Assembly: GCA_004764695.1 (NCBI GenBank)
Contig: SMSO01000032.1
Coordinates: 3,442,483-3,506,482 of the forward strand
Source of the DNA: Schizochytrium sp. TIO01
Lineage: Eukaryota > Protista > Bigyra: Labyrinthulomycetes
Length of the DNA stretch: 64,000 nucleotides
Direction: 5' to 3'
Part shown: piece after piece, positions 32,671 through 45,248 of the stretch
Layout: each line of letters opens with the position of its first letter
Position numbering within the stretch: the first letter of the stretch is position 1
The notes under the pieces: model-generated
The model's database searches: none
What the model was told of the DNA's origin: nothing
What the model saw: the letters and a program-made list of their open reading frames with translations, nothing else
Made by a program: the position numbers and the translations under genes

Positions 32671-33363
32671 ATGTCCAAGCTTGCGGTTGTGATTGGCGCT
32701 TCGCGTGGCATTGGCCTTGGCCTTGCGACGCGTCTAGTTGAAGAAGGCTACCGCGTGATCGGCACCTGTCGCAAGGTTCCCGAGGCACTCAGCGGAGACG
32801 ATCTTAAATTCAAGGTCGTTCCTGACATCGACGTCGCCGAGGACTCTTGCGTGGAAAAGCTCCGTGAGGCCTTCAAGGACGAGACCCAGATTGACCTTTT
32901 GATTCACAATGCAGGTGTTGGCGAGCCGGATTGGGGCGTCGAAAAGGTCGCGGATGTGGATCTTAAATTGGCGGCTCATCAAATGAACATCAACTGCTTT
33001 GGAGCCGCTCGTGTCATGACAGCTCTTGGCGACAAGCTTGCCAAGGGCTCCAAGGTCCTTCTTGTCAGTTCCCGTGTGGGTTCTATCGAGGATAACGGCT
33101 CTGGTTGCCACCATGGGTACCGTATGTCAAAGACGGCTCTCAACATGCTCGGCAAGAATCTTAGCAAGGAGTTTGAACCCAAGGGTGTCATTGTCACTCT
33201 TGTCCACCCTGGTCTCGTCAGTACTGACATGACTCACTTTGACCCTAATGGTATCTCCGTGGAAACCAGCGTTGACGGCTTTATGAAGCGTATTAACGAG
33301 CTCTCTGATAAACACCAGGGTTCATTCCTCCATGTTGTGACCGGCGAGGTTTTGCCTTGGTAA
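32671..33363 (+). CDS. Short-chain dehydrogenase/reductase, CsgA/C-factor-like
   Basis: GASRGIG Rossmann motif, HNAG, SSRVGSI, YRMSK catalytic motif, HPGLVSTDM, C-terminal LPW; caaacATG context. Confidence 0.93.
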   Translation: MSKLAVVIGASRGIGLGLATRLVEEGYRVIGTCRKVPEALSGDDLKFKVVPDIDVAEDSCVEKLREAFKDETQIDLLIHNAGVGEPDWGVEKVADVDLKLAAHQMNINCFGAARVMTALGDKLAKGSKVLLVSSRVGSIEDNGSGCHHGYRMSKTALNMLGKNLSKEFEPKGVIVTLVHPGLVSTDMTHFDPNGISVETSVDGFMKRINELSDKHQGSFLHVVTGEVLPW

Positions 33364-35690
33364 AGAGAATACATTAAGAAGTTAAGCTGGGCAAGCTTGT
33401 GCGGTCCACAATGCCTCTATACGTTGTCCGTCAGACCTATTCTGCCAACCTTCTTTGCGCAGTTTTTTTGTTTTTGTTTTTTCGAACACAAACTAAATAT
33501 ACAAAATACATCAGTCTGTACAGTTTTTGCAATATTATCGACTTCCTCCTTTATTTCTCCTTGAAGTCCTAGCGTCCTTTCTCCTTACCCTCCCGGCCTG
33601 ACTTTTTCTTTGCCATGAAAATGGAGAGTAGATGTTCGTCCTTCACTCTTGAATTCATTCTTCAATTCGGCCAACAAGGACTGATGTCTTTTACGACAGT
33701 GATCTCGAACACCTCAAGCGCAAGAAGGAGATCTTTCGGAAAGATCATGTGGGTAGAAGATTCTCTGAGACATACAACACAGCTGCAGGTTTCCTGAATT
33801 GCTCTGTTTTTCCTTAGGACCAGGTGAGTGGGGTTCGTAGGGAGAAGCACAAATAGCCCGGCGTCTTTCTGGTTTCGTACATGCCCTTTCTCTGAGTTTA
33901 GAATCATCCCAATCTGGCTTTGTTTAAAAAGAGAAGAACAATTGATACTATTTGCAGGAGACACTGATCCTTCTGTTATCTAGCTCTGCCACGACCTAAG
34001 TTACACCACCTGCGCACTTGTCAAGCTTCACCTGGATGTTATGGCCCCAAAGGCACCTCTGCGCAGCAAGAGAAAAATTCGTTCGGAAGTGATGAGTGGA
34101 GAATAAGAAGTCTTTCCATTTGGATAAATAAATAGATAAATAACATATCCTATGCGGCTTGCTAGTAAATCTCTCTGAGCTCACATGTTGCCGATTACTT
34201 GACCTGACCCAGTGGTAGAAGCGAATATGCTTACACTTTCGCTTCTTGTGGTTATAAATCGAGCAATTTGTGCCTGGCTTTGTAATCTTGGCTGTGGGGC
34301 TTCTAGTGGACATGCCAGGCAGTGAACCTTGGACCCAGTAGAGTAAAACGTCTCTCGACAGGGTAATTGTTATTGCAATAAAGTTTGGACATGTCATAAA
34401 TATCTCCATAGCATCTTGATTATATGACATAGCTTCAAGGCAGTGCGCAGTGGTACGTTATTTGACAAGGAGGAATACTTGATATATACATTCGGAAGAT
34501 AGACGGAAAGCCAATTTAGAGTCTCTGACCCTTGGTTTTCTTCTTTTTGAGCTCCCTATTTGTTCACAGAGTTGCATGTCGACAAATAATAAAAACAGTT
34601 CAGCTAACCGATCCTGCTAGCATCTGCCCCCAATTCTGATATGACAGATTCTTTTTTTATGTTCTTTTGAAATTGACGATCTCTTGTTCATCCTCACTTT
34701 TGCTTCTAACACCAGCTTTGAAGAAAATAGACATCGTGGAATCTATAATATCTGCAAGAACTTCCCTGTCAACCATTTATTTCAAGCCCAATAGGTATTC
34801 TTGCAGTTCCTCACTTCTCTGCTCATATACATGCTGCTGTGGAGCGCATTGTGATCCCCCAGAGATATTTTTGGACTTGAGTTCTACCCGAATAAAACAA
34901 GATTGCCAAGGTTAGCCTCTGTCTGGCGAGAAGTTTGATCTCCAAGAACTCATTTCCTCAGTCCCCTACCAACCGCCAACATACCCAGTAGATACTGTTT
35001 AGCTGTAATCCCCTAGTAGTTCAAAAGTCTAATATTAGTATCTAGCTTACGAACACAATTCTCTCTCTCAATCTCTCTCTCTGTGAGCCTCTACCTCAGT
35101 CCCCTTTTAAGTTGACTATTTCCAAGAGAAATTAAAGAAGGCTCCTTCATTTTGTGGGAAAAATGGAGGACGTCAAAGGGATATTTAACCTCAGTGGGGT
35201 TATGGAGGGCCCCAATTAGAAAGCACTCAAGAGTCTCTCTCTCTTGTAACTGGAGGAAAAGATATCTCCCCCCTCTAAAAACTCGCAGTGGAACAGAGAG
35301 GGCGCTCTTCTGACGAAGTATGAGAGGGGACTCTTCAGCCTTCTCTCTACCAGCACTGTTAGTAGAATCTCCTATTCCCCTCTCTACCGCGTTCACAGCA
35401 CAGTTTTGGTAGTGCTCTCTTAATAGTTACTCTAGTAGTGCTCCCATTCGCCAGTTCTACGACCCATTAGGGGTGTCCTACTGCGACACCATGTAGCCTA
35501 TTCCTTGGTTAGGCACTCCTAATGCTCTTTTTCCCTCTTCTTCTGTGACTATATTTTATAAAACTTGTTTTCTATACTTTTTATATTTTTTATTCTAATT
35601 AAAATATTTTAAAATAAAAAATGTCATATATACTATATGATAACAATAACAATAAATCAAGACAGGTACCTCCTAAGAAGAGGCAGCAAA

Positions 35691-35940
35691 TAAACAAACA
35701 AACAAACAAACAAACAAACAAACAAACAAACAAGCAGGTATCTCTGGGCATTCAAGATTGCCTACCGACGGACGATGCTCAAAACGCAAGACACGACCAG
35801 GACATGCCATATTTGGCCTTCGACCTTGCACTTACCAACCGCAATCAATGCCTTGCTGCCAATCCCACGGTCATTCATTCATTCATTCATTCATTCATTC
35901 ATTCTTTCATTCTTTCATTCTTTCATTCATTCTTCATTCT
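35691..35940. repeat. Microsatellites (AAAC)n at ~35691-35733 and (TTCA/TTCT)n at ~35871-35940
   Basis: Directly visible tandem tetramers. Confidence 0.9.
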
Positions 35941-36244
35941 AGGCAATGACGATTTTTTACAGCTTTTCACTTAATAAAAATTCGTTTTGAGCGTGTCTGT
36001 CAATAATACAAGAAACCCGCCGCACCCTAGGTATTTTAGTACTGGTTCGCGCCGGGTCCCGTTCGCTCACGAATTGACGAAGCAAGGTTTTCTTTGGTTT
36101 ACATCGTCAATCGTACATAGCAAACAAAAGCCGCGGATTCCGTCCCGTCTGCAGCGGACTCGAGCTGCTGCAGGCAGAAAGAAGAGGCCTGGCAGACCAC
36201 GACCCGGAGGACCCTCTGGCAGACCACGATTCGGCGGCCGGGCG

Positions 36245-36249
36245 CTGCA

Positions 36250-36280
<31 letters not shown>
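36245..36280. repeat. (CTG)n microsatellite upstream of the SAP30-PHD gene
   Basis: ctgcagctgctgctgctgctgctgctgctgctgctg. Confidence 0.9.
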
Positions 36281-36283
<3 letters not shown>

Positions 36284-36421
36284 GTGCTCCGTTTCCTGGT
36301 TTCTTCGTTGTTGCTTTGGCTGATCGACTGTTTGTTTTAGTTTCGATTTGCCTGCTGATCAAACAAATTTGAGTGACTGATTGGCAAAAGCAAAAGCAAA
36401 AGCAGAATAGATTCGAGGAGA

Positions 36422-38374
36422 ATGTACGGCCAGCTCCTGCGGCACTCAGGCAAGCGCAAGAAGGAGGCGCAGCTCCTCCCGCGCGAGCTCGACCGCTACC
36501 CGCGGTCAGTGAGAGCTGACTTCAGGGCCTGTGAGGTAAGTACGAGGCTCGCGAGCCCGCGCACCCTCGCCGGCGATTCCGCAGGCAGGGAAACAAACAA
36601 ACAAACAAACAAGCAAACAAACAGTATATATGCTACTACAACAAGAAGAGGCTCAAACAACAACAAGGTCACAGCGAACAAGAGGAATACAAATCCGGCA
36701 GATGCACGTTTGACATCTCGGAGCGCAAGAGAGAATGCGCTGCTCGTGTGCGAGCACTTCGACGCCTAAGTGTGCGCAAGGGACGAACTCACAGGTGCAC
36801 CGGTTGGTTTTGTTGTTGTTGGTGCTCCTGGTTCTTGTTACTTGACCTTGTTGGCTGAGCGTGCTGTTTTACTTGATCTGCGTTGTGAAATGCTTCGGAG
36901 TGGAGCCATGCGAGAACGAGCTGTAGAAGCAAAAACGAGACCAATTCTTTCTGGGCATTTCTTTCATGTTGTTTGTTTGTTGGTGGGTTAGTTTATCTGC
37001 TGTGGTGCTAGTCAATATGGAAGGAGTATGAATGAGTATAGAGAAATCGAGAAACAACTAACGGAGCATGTCATGCGATGTCATGGTTTAAATCGGCCTT
37101 GCGCGATGTCTTAATCGTGAATCCTGTTGGATTTAACGATTATCTTCATCCAATTTTGCATCACAAATGCGATATGGTGATTGATGATCTGTGCACGAAT
37201 GGAATTGCTGGGAACAAAGCCTGCCTCTCTCCGCAAATATGCCAAGAAGTATGGCATTGAAGTGCATGAAGGCTCAACCGCGACACAGCTTGCAAGCCTC
37301 GTAGGTAGACACTACGCCCGGCACTTGGACGTGACGGAAGATGAAGTTATCTCACGCTTTGTCAAATTCACGCACAATTACCAAGAGGAAATGCAGCAGA
37401 AGCGAGTCCGCCGCGAGAAAGAGTCTCGTCGGCGTGTTGCAAGGTCCACATTTGGTAGTCGCCAGTATGATAGCGACACAGATTCCAACGAGCAACCTAA
37501 GTTGTACTGTATCTGCAACCGGCCATCCTTCGGCGAAATGGTCGGCTGTGATGATGACGATTGCAAGATCGAATGGTTCCACGTTGGATGCGTGGATGTA
37601 AGCCCTGATGCACTCAGCACAGGTGCAAAGTGGTACTGTCCTACTTGTCGCGCCAAGCGCGCCGATGAACGGGCAACAGATTCCGCGAGAACGCGGGCGA
37701 AGCGTAAGTTTACAACCTCGACCCAAGAACCTGATGACGTGAGCTTCACTGATCCTCGCAACCTCCGACGAAGTGCGACTGGCAGTAGCTCTGCTAGCAA
37801 GCCGGCTGGAAGTTCGAGAAAGAGAACTGCCAGCAACAGCAGTGCGGGCAGTAGCAATAAGAAAGTCGGCAATTTTAGCAATATTGTTGCAACATCTAGC
37901 AATAAGAAACCCAACAACAACAGCAACAACAACAGTAAAAAACGGCATCATCATGTAAAAAACTTGGAGGCTAACATGATTCACCACATTGAAGAACGCA
38001 AGGAACTTGAGGTAGAGCCCGTAAATCCCTCCCTTCGACCTGGTTCCGCCTCGTCATCGACCTCAGGGTCCACCTCGGCGATTCAAGACGGTGATACAAT
38101 CTCACCTACCGGTAGCACCAAGGGCGGGGTCACATACGCAGCCATGATTGGTTATGCGTTAGAAGGGCTGGACAGTCAAACAGGAACATTTAGGGAAATT
38201 TGCGATCGCATTGAGGAGCGTTTTGCAGATAACCTCAACTGGAAACCCGAGTCAGAGAACCGAAGGACTCCAGTGTGGAAGTCCTCTGTTCGCAAGATTC
38301 TTATCTCACACAATCGCTTTCGGCGACTTGAACCTGCTGATCCTGGTCAGACGCACCTTTTTGCCTTCAGATAA
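36422..38374 (+). CDS. Two-exon chromatin protein (36422-36535 + 37220-38374, 422 aa): SAP30-like Sin3-binding domain + ING-type PHD finger + C-terminal forkhead-like winged helix
   Basis: Phase-0 splice GAG|gtaagt ... acaaag|CCT gives RADFRACE-PASLRKYAKKYGI..LASLVGRHY..VTEDEVISRFV (SAP30 C-domain pattern). PHD YCICNRPSFGEMVGCDDDDCKIEWFHVGCV..WYCPTC. C-terminal TYAAMIGYAL..TFREICDRIEERF..WKSSVRKILISHNRF. Confidence 0.85.
36536..37219 (+). other. Spliceosomal intron, 684 nt (GT-AG)
   Basis: Donor gtaagt at 36536; internal (AAAC)n; ACTAAC at 37057-37062; no AG dinucleotide from 37067 to 37217; acceptor AAG at 37217-37219 restores both the frame and the domain. Confidence 0.75.
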
Positions 38375-41300
38375 TAGACACTGCGTTGTCGGTTGGACAC
38401 GAGTTTATGAGGATCTGTGCGCATTGTTTATTTTCATTCTCCCACTTCCTCTTTGCCTATGCGTGGTAGCGCCTCGGTTCTATCTTCTGGCAAATAGACA
38501 ATGTTTTCTCACTCGTGTCCATTCGCTTGCTTCTCCCCGTATGTTTTTGGCGACAGTCTAACACCCCTTGCAAATTGTTTCGCACACCTCCTTCCTATGG
38601 CATGAATCGCTTCATCTTCCTATTTTCTTTCTACACTATCATCACATGCTTCCTCAACTTTGTTTGCAAAAGATAAAAGCTTGAGGTACACCCAGGTGTT
38701 TCGATAGTGCCAAAGGATAGGGTTCGCTCGCCGTTTCTGTTATCTTCGATTTTGTATAGGCCATCAGAGGAGCAACATTTGCAAGGCTACGACCACTGCT
38801 ATGGCAAACGGGCTTAAGTAGGCTGCAGCTAAAACAGCTATACCACACCATTATGCAATGTTATATTAGTCGCATGAGGTGCCTTATCTGACTTTTCGCT
38901 AGCTAGCCAATGAATTTCAAGTTCGTTGATTGTATCATTATTTGGCATGGCGAACTTCCATGTCATTGATGTATAGGATCAACAGGCATACCTTCAAGAT
39001 ACCAGTTACTTACCTGATATGGTTCGTAGTTAGGATGCCTCAAGACTTGTGTGATAGAAACTTCGCTCCAGTTTGTGTTTCCTTTTTTTTTCCGTTCTGT
39101 CCCTTATCGCCCCACCCTTTGTCTGTCATTTGTCATATCTCTCTTCCTGCCCATGCCCATGCCCGTTTGCTCTTCGGACACTTACCACATTCATTCTTTG
39201 TTTACCTTTACAGCTACAACTAAGTCTTCTCCATTTTCTCCACTTCGAATGTGAAGAGAGTGCGCACAGTTATGACACCAATAGATAAATTGCAACACTA
39301 ACAGCTTATCACAACCATGTGCATCCCGATTGTAACCTTTTGTTGTTGCGGCTGTTACTGTTGATATCGATTTGTCTTACATATATCGATCTCCCCCTTC
39401 TTAAAACTGCTTAACTGCTACTTTGCGCTGCTGCTTCTTACTTCCGCATGCATCGATCCGAGCCGCATCATTACACATACGCCCAGACGAACGGAACACT
39501 AGTACTTTTCAAGATAATCTTATATCCAGCAATAAATCTCTCCTCTTGTTACCTGTTTTGTTTCTAAAGGAAACAGTAATTTTAAAACACGTGTCCAAAC
39601 CAAATCTAACCCCTCTCCTCCTAGAACAGCATTTTTGCCTAATTCTGATTGCTTGTATTTCCGTTTCTACGGGAAGTAAAGTTTTTCCAATGCGCGAATG
39701 TCAAAGTAGTCGAAAAAGAATTACTGTACCTTTGAAAATGCTCGAACTTAAACAACCTCCAAAAGAGACTATTCCATGTAGATGATGCATTATAATTATT
39801 TAGGTCTTTGTTGAGAAGTAGAGGAAAGGTTAAAAAATGGCACAGTCAAGAAACCACCGAACACTACAAGTGAAGCAAACCTACAATACAAGCCAACAAC
39901 AGCAAATTACTTCAACCAGAAGTTTGACATCTCGTACCCTTCGGGTGCTTCCAGGGGTAATCGCATATACGCAAGCGACGACGTTGAGCGCAACTATGGT
40001 TGCGGTTTGTTCCGGCGGTCGCGAGCAACGCAGCATTGACCGTACCATTATCAACGCCAGAGTATCCTCCGCCAAGCAAAAAGATACATTCAAATGCTAG
40101 ATTGGTGACCCCCAGCGTGCCTATCCAGATGCTGTCTGCAAAGACATCGGTACAGCGGTCAACTTCAACAGTCTGGGCTTCCGCGCCCTACTCAACGTCC
40201 GAGAGTCGCCACAAGCTTGGAGAGATTGGCTCTGTGAAAACTACTGACTTATCATTTTGCCTAAATTCGAACCCTCAACAAGTTAAGGGATAGAATAATG
40301 TGTCGCTCGTTAGCTTCTGCCAAGCGCTCATTCACAAATCCGAGCATTCATCGTGCCAGTAGTGTAAACTGGTTATTTGCTGAGATGATTGCACTTCAAA
40401 ACATGCAATAAATGTGGTACCATCCACGACAAACTCGGAACATCGTGGGTTGTCAAATGCCCACAACAAATGCAAACACGTAGTTGATCGTGATATCCAC
40501 GCCGACACAGGTGTCCTTTTGCGCCACCTATCCATTCAAGGACATGATTTAAGAACTGTCTTTGAGTCGCAGGTTAGCTTTTAACCCACGATTGGGCTTC
40601 GTCACTAAGGGAAATGCAAGTTTTACAAATTTTATAGGTTCATCTCTAAGTGTACATTTATGATTACTATAAATTCTTAGACTGAAAAATAAAAATAAAA
40701 GAATAAAAAGAGATTTCTTAAGGTTTATAAGTCGTAAAGAAAGAGAACTCTCCGAATGAAATAGGAGGCTGCTACTTGAGATACGTGGCTCTGTAGCAGG
40801 GTGTATATAGGCGAGTCTCAGACTTTTAATCAAATAAGAAGAATATTTCAAACTAAGCCTACATCGGTTTCTTTTCAAATGTTTCATGAAAGTACTACGG
40901 GATTTCTATTTTGTAATCCTCAGGAGCAAATATGCCCAAGTTTGCGACGTCTAGTTCATAAATTTCGGAAATTTCAAAAGCAGCCATCAAAAGAAAACTT
41001 TAACTTATCAGCTAACTTTAGGATTTTCACAAGTTCGTTCCTTCTTATGCAAAAGTGCACTTCAAAGTATTTTCAACTAAATGCTACGCTTAATTATCGT
41101 TAACCAATGCAACCATATTATAACAATCCAGTATCACATACAGCTAGAATACTTTTTTCTCACCTGGCAACGTGCTCTAAGTCATTTATAATACAGTCTC
41201 TTTGATCTAACAACAGTTCTGCGTTGACTTTCAGGGGCGTGGATGGGGTTGTTTGTGGTTTCAACCCCCATTTGTTGCTTCATGCATCCAAAGAAGATAA

Positions 41301-42217
41301 AATTCAACTCTGAATTGACCGCTGAGCTTGTATGGCCATGTAGCATCCATTTTTCTCATGGATTGACCTGTGGGGATGCTATTCTGGCTTATTGAGAAGT
41401 CGACTAGTTTTTGCCTCATGTGTAAAAGCATGCATTCCGAGACGACGATAAATTAAATTATTTGAAAAATCACTAGAATAGAATTTAAAAAAAGTCTACT
41501 TGCATCGTGAACTAGTAAGATTATTTATCTTGAGAACTGAAGGACTCAATGTGCCTGAGGTGAGGTACAGATTCTCGACATCGCGGATTTGTTCTTCAAA
41601 CTTGTGGCAAAGCAATTTTCGAAGATCCACGGGATTATGCCTTATTAAGATTAAGATCGAATAACTCCTCGCCATTTGGATACTGGTATTTTCAATCAAC
41701 CAATACTCGAGGACGAATATAAACAACGATGGATGAGTCGGTCTGGACATCGATGCAATATACAGCTACTTTATTCAAACGAAGACGATACATTTTTGTT
41801 CTTTGCGTCAGTATATACCGTTTAGCCTTAACTTCACACATGATGTACAATATTGGCGGCGCTTCACAAATTTGGCTAGCTTCTCACCGATGAGCAGTCT
41901 CGGAGGATATCGACTAGGCTCTTCGATATGTGGTACCTCTTTGGATAAGTCACTTCGACGATAAAAGAGCTTGAACGCACGCCTATTTTGCCGATATTGT
42001 CTTTAGTATATGTCTCAGAGTTCTCAATTCTCCGTTGCTAATTTGCCCACACTTCGCCCCCCACGGTTCGCAGCTCTTTACAGTTCAGATCAGTAAGAGT
42101 TTATGCCATTCTGAACCTCCACTTTAACATTGCAGGAACAATTTTTTACAAGGTTACTTATCCTCTTAGTAATAAATGTAAACATTCTTAGAATATATAT
42201 ATTAGAGACAGCATTTG

Positions 42218-43075
42218 TTAAGCAGACGTAGATGCCACTTGGAAGCTTGACGCCTCAGTCTCTTTCCACATGAGCCATATCATCACGCTAGGAACCTTCG
42301 CATCGCTGTTAATATGTTCTGGGATAAATCGCTCTTGACAAATGCTTGAGAAACCTTGGCGTTGATAAAAGTTCACGGCATTTGAATCAAACACAACAGC
42401 CAAAACAGGTAGCATTTTAGAGTCAGCCTCTTCAACAATTTTAGCAATCATGGCAGTACCCAGACCCACACCACGAGCTTCCAAACACACAAAGAAATGG
42501 TCAATACAGACGTAGTCCATCTTAGGAGCGCATGATTTCTTGAGATTGTGCAACCACTGCTCAAAGTTGTAGTTTCGAAAGAATCCTGCAAGTCCGAGTC
42601 GTGCAAAGTAAGATATACCCCCAGCCTCGACCACATCAAGAACCCCTGGTTGGGGGTCCCGTGTATCATAGATCGAAGCCAAGCAGGTTGCTCGTGGCAC
42701 GTGCGACGTAGATCGGTCCTCGAAGTCCACAAAGCAGCGAGATCTATGATATACCTCATTTAATCTCAAATGTACTTGGAAGAGGTCTTCGAGCATTTGT
42801 TTGCGCCACGCGTCAGCGCCACCAAAGAGATATGTATAAAGTGAGCTATCCACTGCAAGTCGAGCGAAAGCTTTAGCTAAATCCGTGCGAATTGGAGGGG
42901 GGACTGCTTTTTGCACTTCACGTTCGCCATATGCGCCGCCAAGACCCGTCTCACGGCCCACCAACAGGTCAGCGAGCTTCAGTTGATCTTCCCAGGTGCG
43001 ACGCGCCCTCCGAAGCAGAAACCATACTACCAAGATACAGGTGGCAAGGCCAAGCCCTTGCTTTGCCCGTGTCAT
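42218..43075 (-). CDS. GNAT-family acetyltransferase with N-terminal membrane anchor
   Basis: Acetyl-CoA motif FFVCLEARGVGLGTAMI and NAVNFYQRQGF; the first ATG (43075) gives GLGLATCILVVWFLLRRARR. Confidence 0.85.
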   Translation of the reverse strand: MTRAKQGLGLATCILVVWFLLRRARRTWEDQLKLADLLVGRETGLGGAYGEREVQKAVPPPIRTDLAKAFARLAVDSSLYTYLFGGADAWRKQMLEDLFQVHLRLNEVYHRSRCFVDFEDRSTSHVPRATCLASIYDTRDPQPGVLDVVEAGGISYFARLGLAGFFRNYNFEQWLHNLKKSCAPKMDYVCIDHFFVCLEARGVGLGTAMIAKIVEEADSKMLPVLAVVFDSNAVNFYQRQGFSSICQERFIPEHINSDAKVPSVMIWLMWKETEASSFQVASTSA

Positions 43076-43863
43076 CCTCTCGCAAGCACAGATTAATGTC
43101 TCGTCTGGACTTAACTTGAGTATGGTGATGCCATCCCAATCCCGTTGTTTTACTTTGATGCTCAATCTTTCAAGTTCGACATCGATTACCAAAAGAGCCC
43201 AGAGTCGGACGTTGGGTGTATCCTAGAAACCATGTATATATCCGGCATTACGAATAAAATATAAATATATGCAGTACCTAACTTCAATTCCTCCCTAATG
43301 GTTTATTATACCCCCTAATTTGCTCCAAAGAAGGGGGGTATGGAAGAATTAAACAAGAGTTCGGCACAACTACTATATTTAGTTAGACTGTATCGGTACA
43401 ATTAAATGCTGAGTGAGACGTCTGCAGAGAACCCCATGAAAACAAGGCCAATTCTGCACCGCTACTAGGGTTCGTGTGGAAGCTCGCTTTGCCCGGAAGT
43501 AAAGAGTTTGGTCGTATGTCTATACCAAAGCAAGATTTGGAGACTTATCGAGGTAGTATATCTTGACAGAGCTCTCAGTAGCTGTCTGCAAAGCCCTAGC
43601 GAAGGTATTTCTTTATCTCTGAACGTAAAAAAACACTGGATCGCGAGCGCTGCACGTGCACAGGCTGTGTGACCTTCGTGAACAGCTACAGTACAAGAGG
43701 TTTGTTGCACCTGCCTGGGTGCATCAAAGATAGAAGCAAGAGCAAGTACATTCTAAAGACCAAGGCGGAAAGAGGCATATCATACACAGGCGAAACAGTT
43801 GGAGCACCAAATTAATTTCTGTATAGACTCGTCAGTGTACAGACAACTCAAGACAACATCATC

Positions 43864-44472
43864 ATGAGATCAGCCTATGTACAACACGCTAGTATCCAGG
43901 AGAACTTAGGTTTGACGCAAAGGCCTCGACGACGCTTTACGACGAAAGGTACAGCACTTATGGCAATCTCTGTTGGCATATCTGAACGCAAAATCACACA
44001 ACGTTCAGTATTCTGGTTGACATTATTTATATATGCACTTTTGTGGGCTATTGTCATTGCCCTCTCGGCAAGTTTCTTTGGTGTGAGCCAAAAAGTCCCA
44101 ATTAGTCCGACAGATGCACTTACTGATGCATCTGGTGCCCTGTGTGGCTACCTTGGTCAAGATTGCGATTATATCGTGACGGTCAAACCAACTCCATCAC
44201 CAACCCCATTTCCAATAACACCAACAGAATCTAAATCCCCAACATCTTCAAAGCCAACGCGATCCCCAACAACTCAACAACCGACTACTATACCCACAAA
44301 TGCTCCGACGCTCGCACCATCAAACCATCCGACGCTCGCGCCAACATTCTCCCCGTCTATCGCTTCTACGTTGAACCCTACTACCCAACCCACTTCTTCG
44401 CCTTCGTCGAGCCCAGCTCAAACTATGACTTTGTCTCCTACGAAAGCTCCCAACCCGAGTCCTTCTAGCTAG
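43864..44472 (+). CDS. Single-pass (type II) membrane protein with mucin-like SPT/PT repeats
   Basis: TM segment VFWLTLFIYALLWAIVIALSASFFGV, small CGYLGQDC loop, then about 95 aa of PTxxPT repeats. Confidence 0.7.
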   Translation: MRSAYVQHASIQENLGLTQRPRRRFTTKGTALMAISVGISERKITQRSVFWLTLFIYALLWAIVIALSASFFGVSQKVPISPTDALTDASGALCGYLGQDCDYIVTVKPTPSPTPFPITPTESKSPTSSKPTRSPTTQQPTTIPTNAPTLAPSNHPTLAPTFSPSIASTLNPTTQPTSSPSSSPAQTMTLSPTKAPNPSPSS

Positions 44473-45248
44473 TTAAATTTTTAAATCTTCGTCTTGGTGG
44501 AAAGATAACTTCTTAAAGATGAAGCGCTCCTTAGATAAGGACTTTTCAAGGGTTTTATTGAATCATGAAATATCTTCAGCATGCTTTAAAATGTTGGCTT
44601 GAATTAAATAATGAGCTTGAGGAAGCTGACGAACTTAACTGCTGTTTATTTCCCTTCTTTATATTAGTTTTAAAGTATAAATAAATGCCTAACTTTCAAC
44701 TTCTGAGCTCTTTGTCGATGATGAGATAGACGACACGTGCAATTTGCCCACAATTATAATTTGTCTAATCAATGCAAGAAGTGAAAAAACCAAAAACCTC
44801 ATGTCTACCTTTGGGCTTTAGTAAAATATGTAAGAAAAAAACTTTCTCTTGCAGGAATGCTAGAAAGTCCACTAACTTCAAGGGCCGTGCTAGTTAAGAA
44901 ATGGTTTTGTTGAAGTAATTGTTACATACTAATAAATAGTCTCGTGTATGATATCAGAAGAAGGTTGTATACTTTACAAATTATATCATGGATTTAGTTC
45001 TGCCAAGTTCACACCTTATGCACCAGATAAACGCAGCACTCCGTCTCGAAATACATTCCTATGTCATTAATACATTACCTTTATTTGCTTGTCACAACTG
45101 CCATTGAGCTGTCAAGTTGACTCATTAGGAACGGAGGACTACAAATCTGCTTCGAAAGGATCATAACCGACAAAACTGTAAAAGTATGGAAGATACCAAA
45201 AAAGAAACTAAACATATTTGAAGTATTTGCTGGACGTTATCTTAGAGT

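Noticed and set aside
30533-33363. Bacterial contaminant or operon (DUF2779 + SDR)
   Set aside because: The genes are divergent rather than co-directional, have eukaryotic start contexts and are contiguous with PNGase and microsatellite-rich flanks.
35621-36362. ORFs with NKQT, HSFI, poly-L and poly-A runs
   Set aside because: Translations of microsatellites.
36992-37260. Programmed or compensating frameshifts linking ORFs 37078-37260 and 37181-38374
   Set aside because: One GT-AG intron (36536-37219) restores the SAP30-like domain more simply.
39837-40293. Overlapping 70-97 aa ORFs in a GC-richer patch
   Set aside because: No motif and no consistent coding frame.
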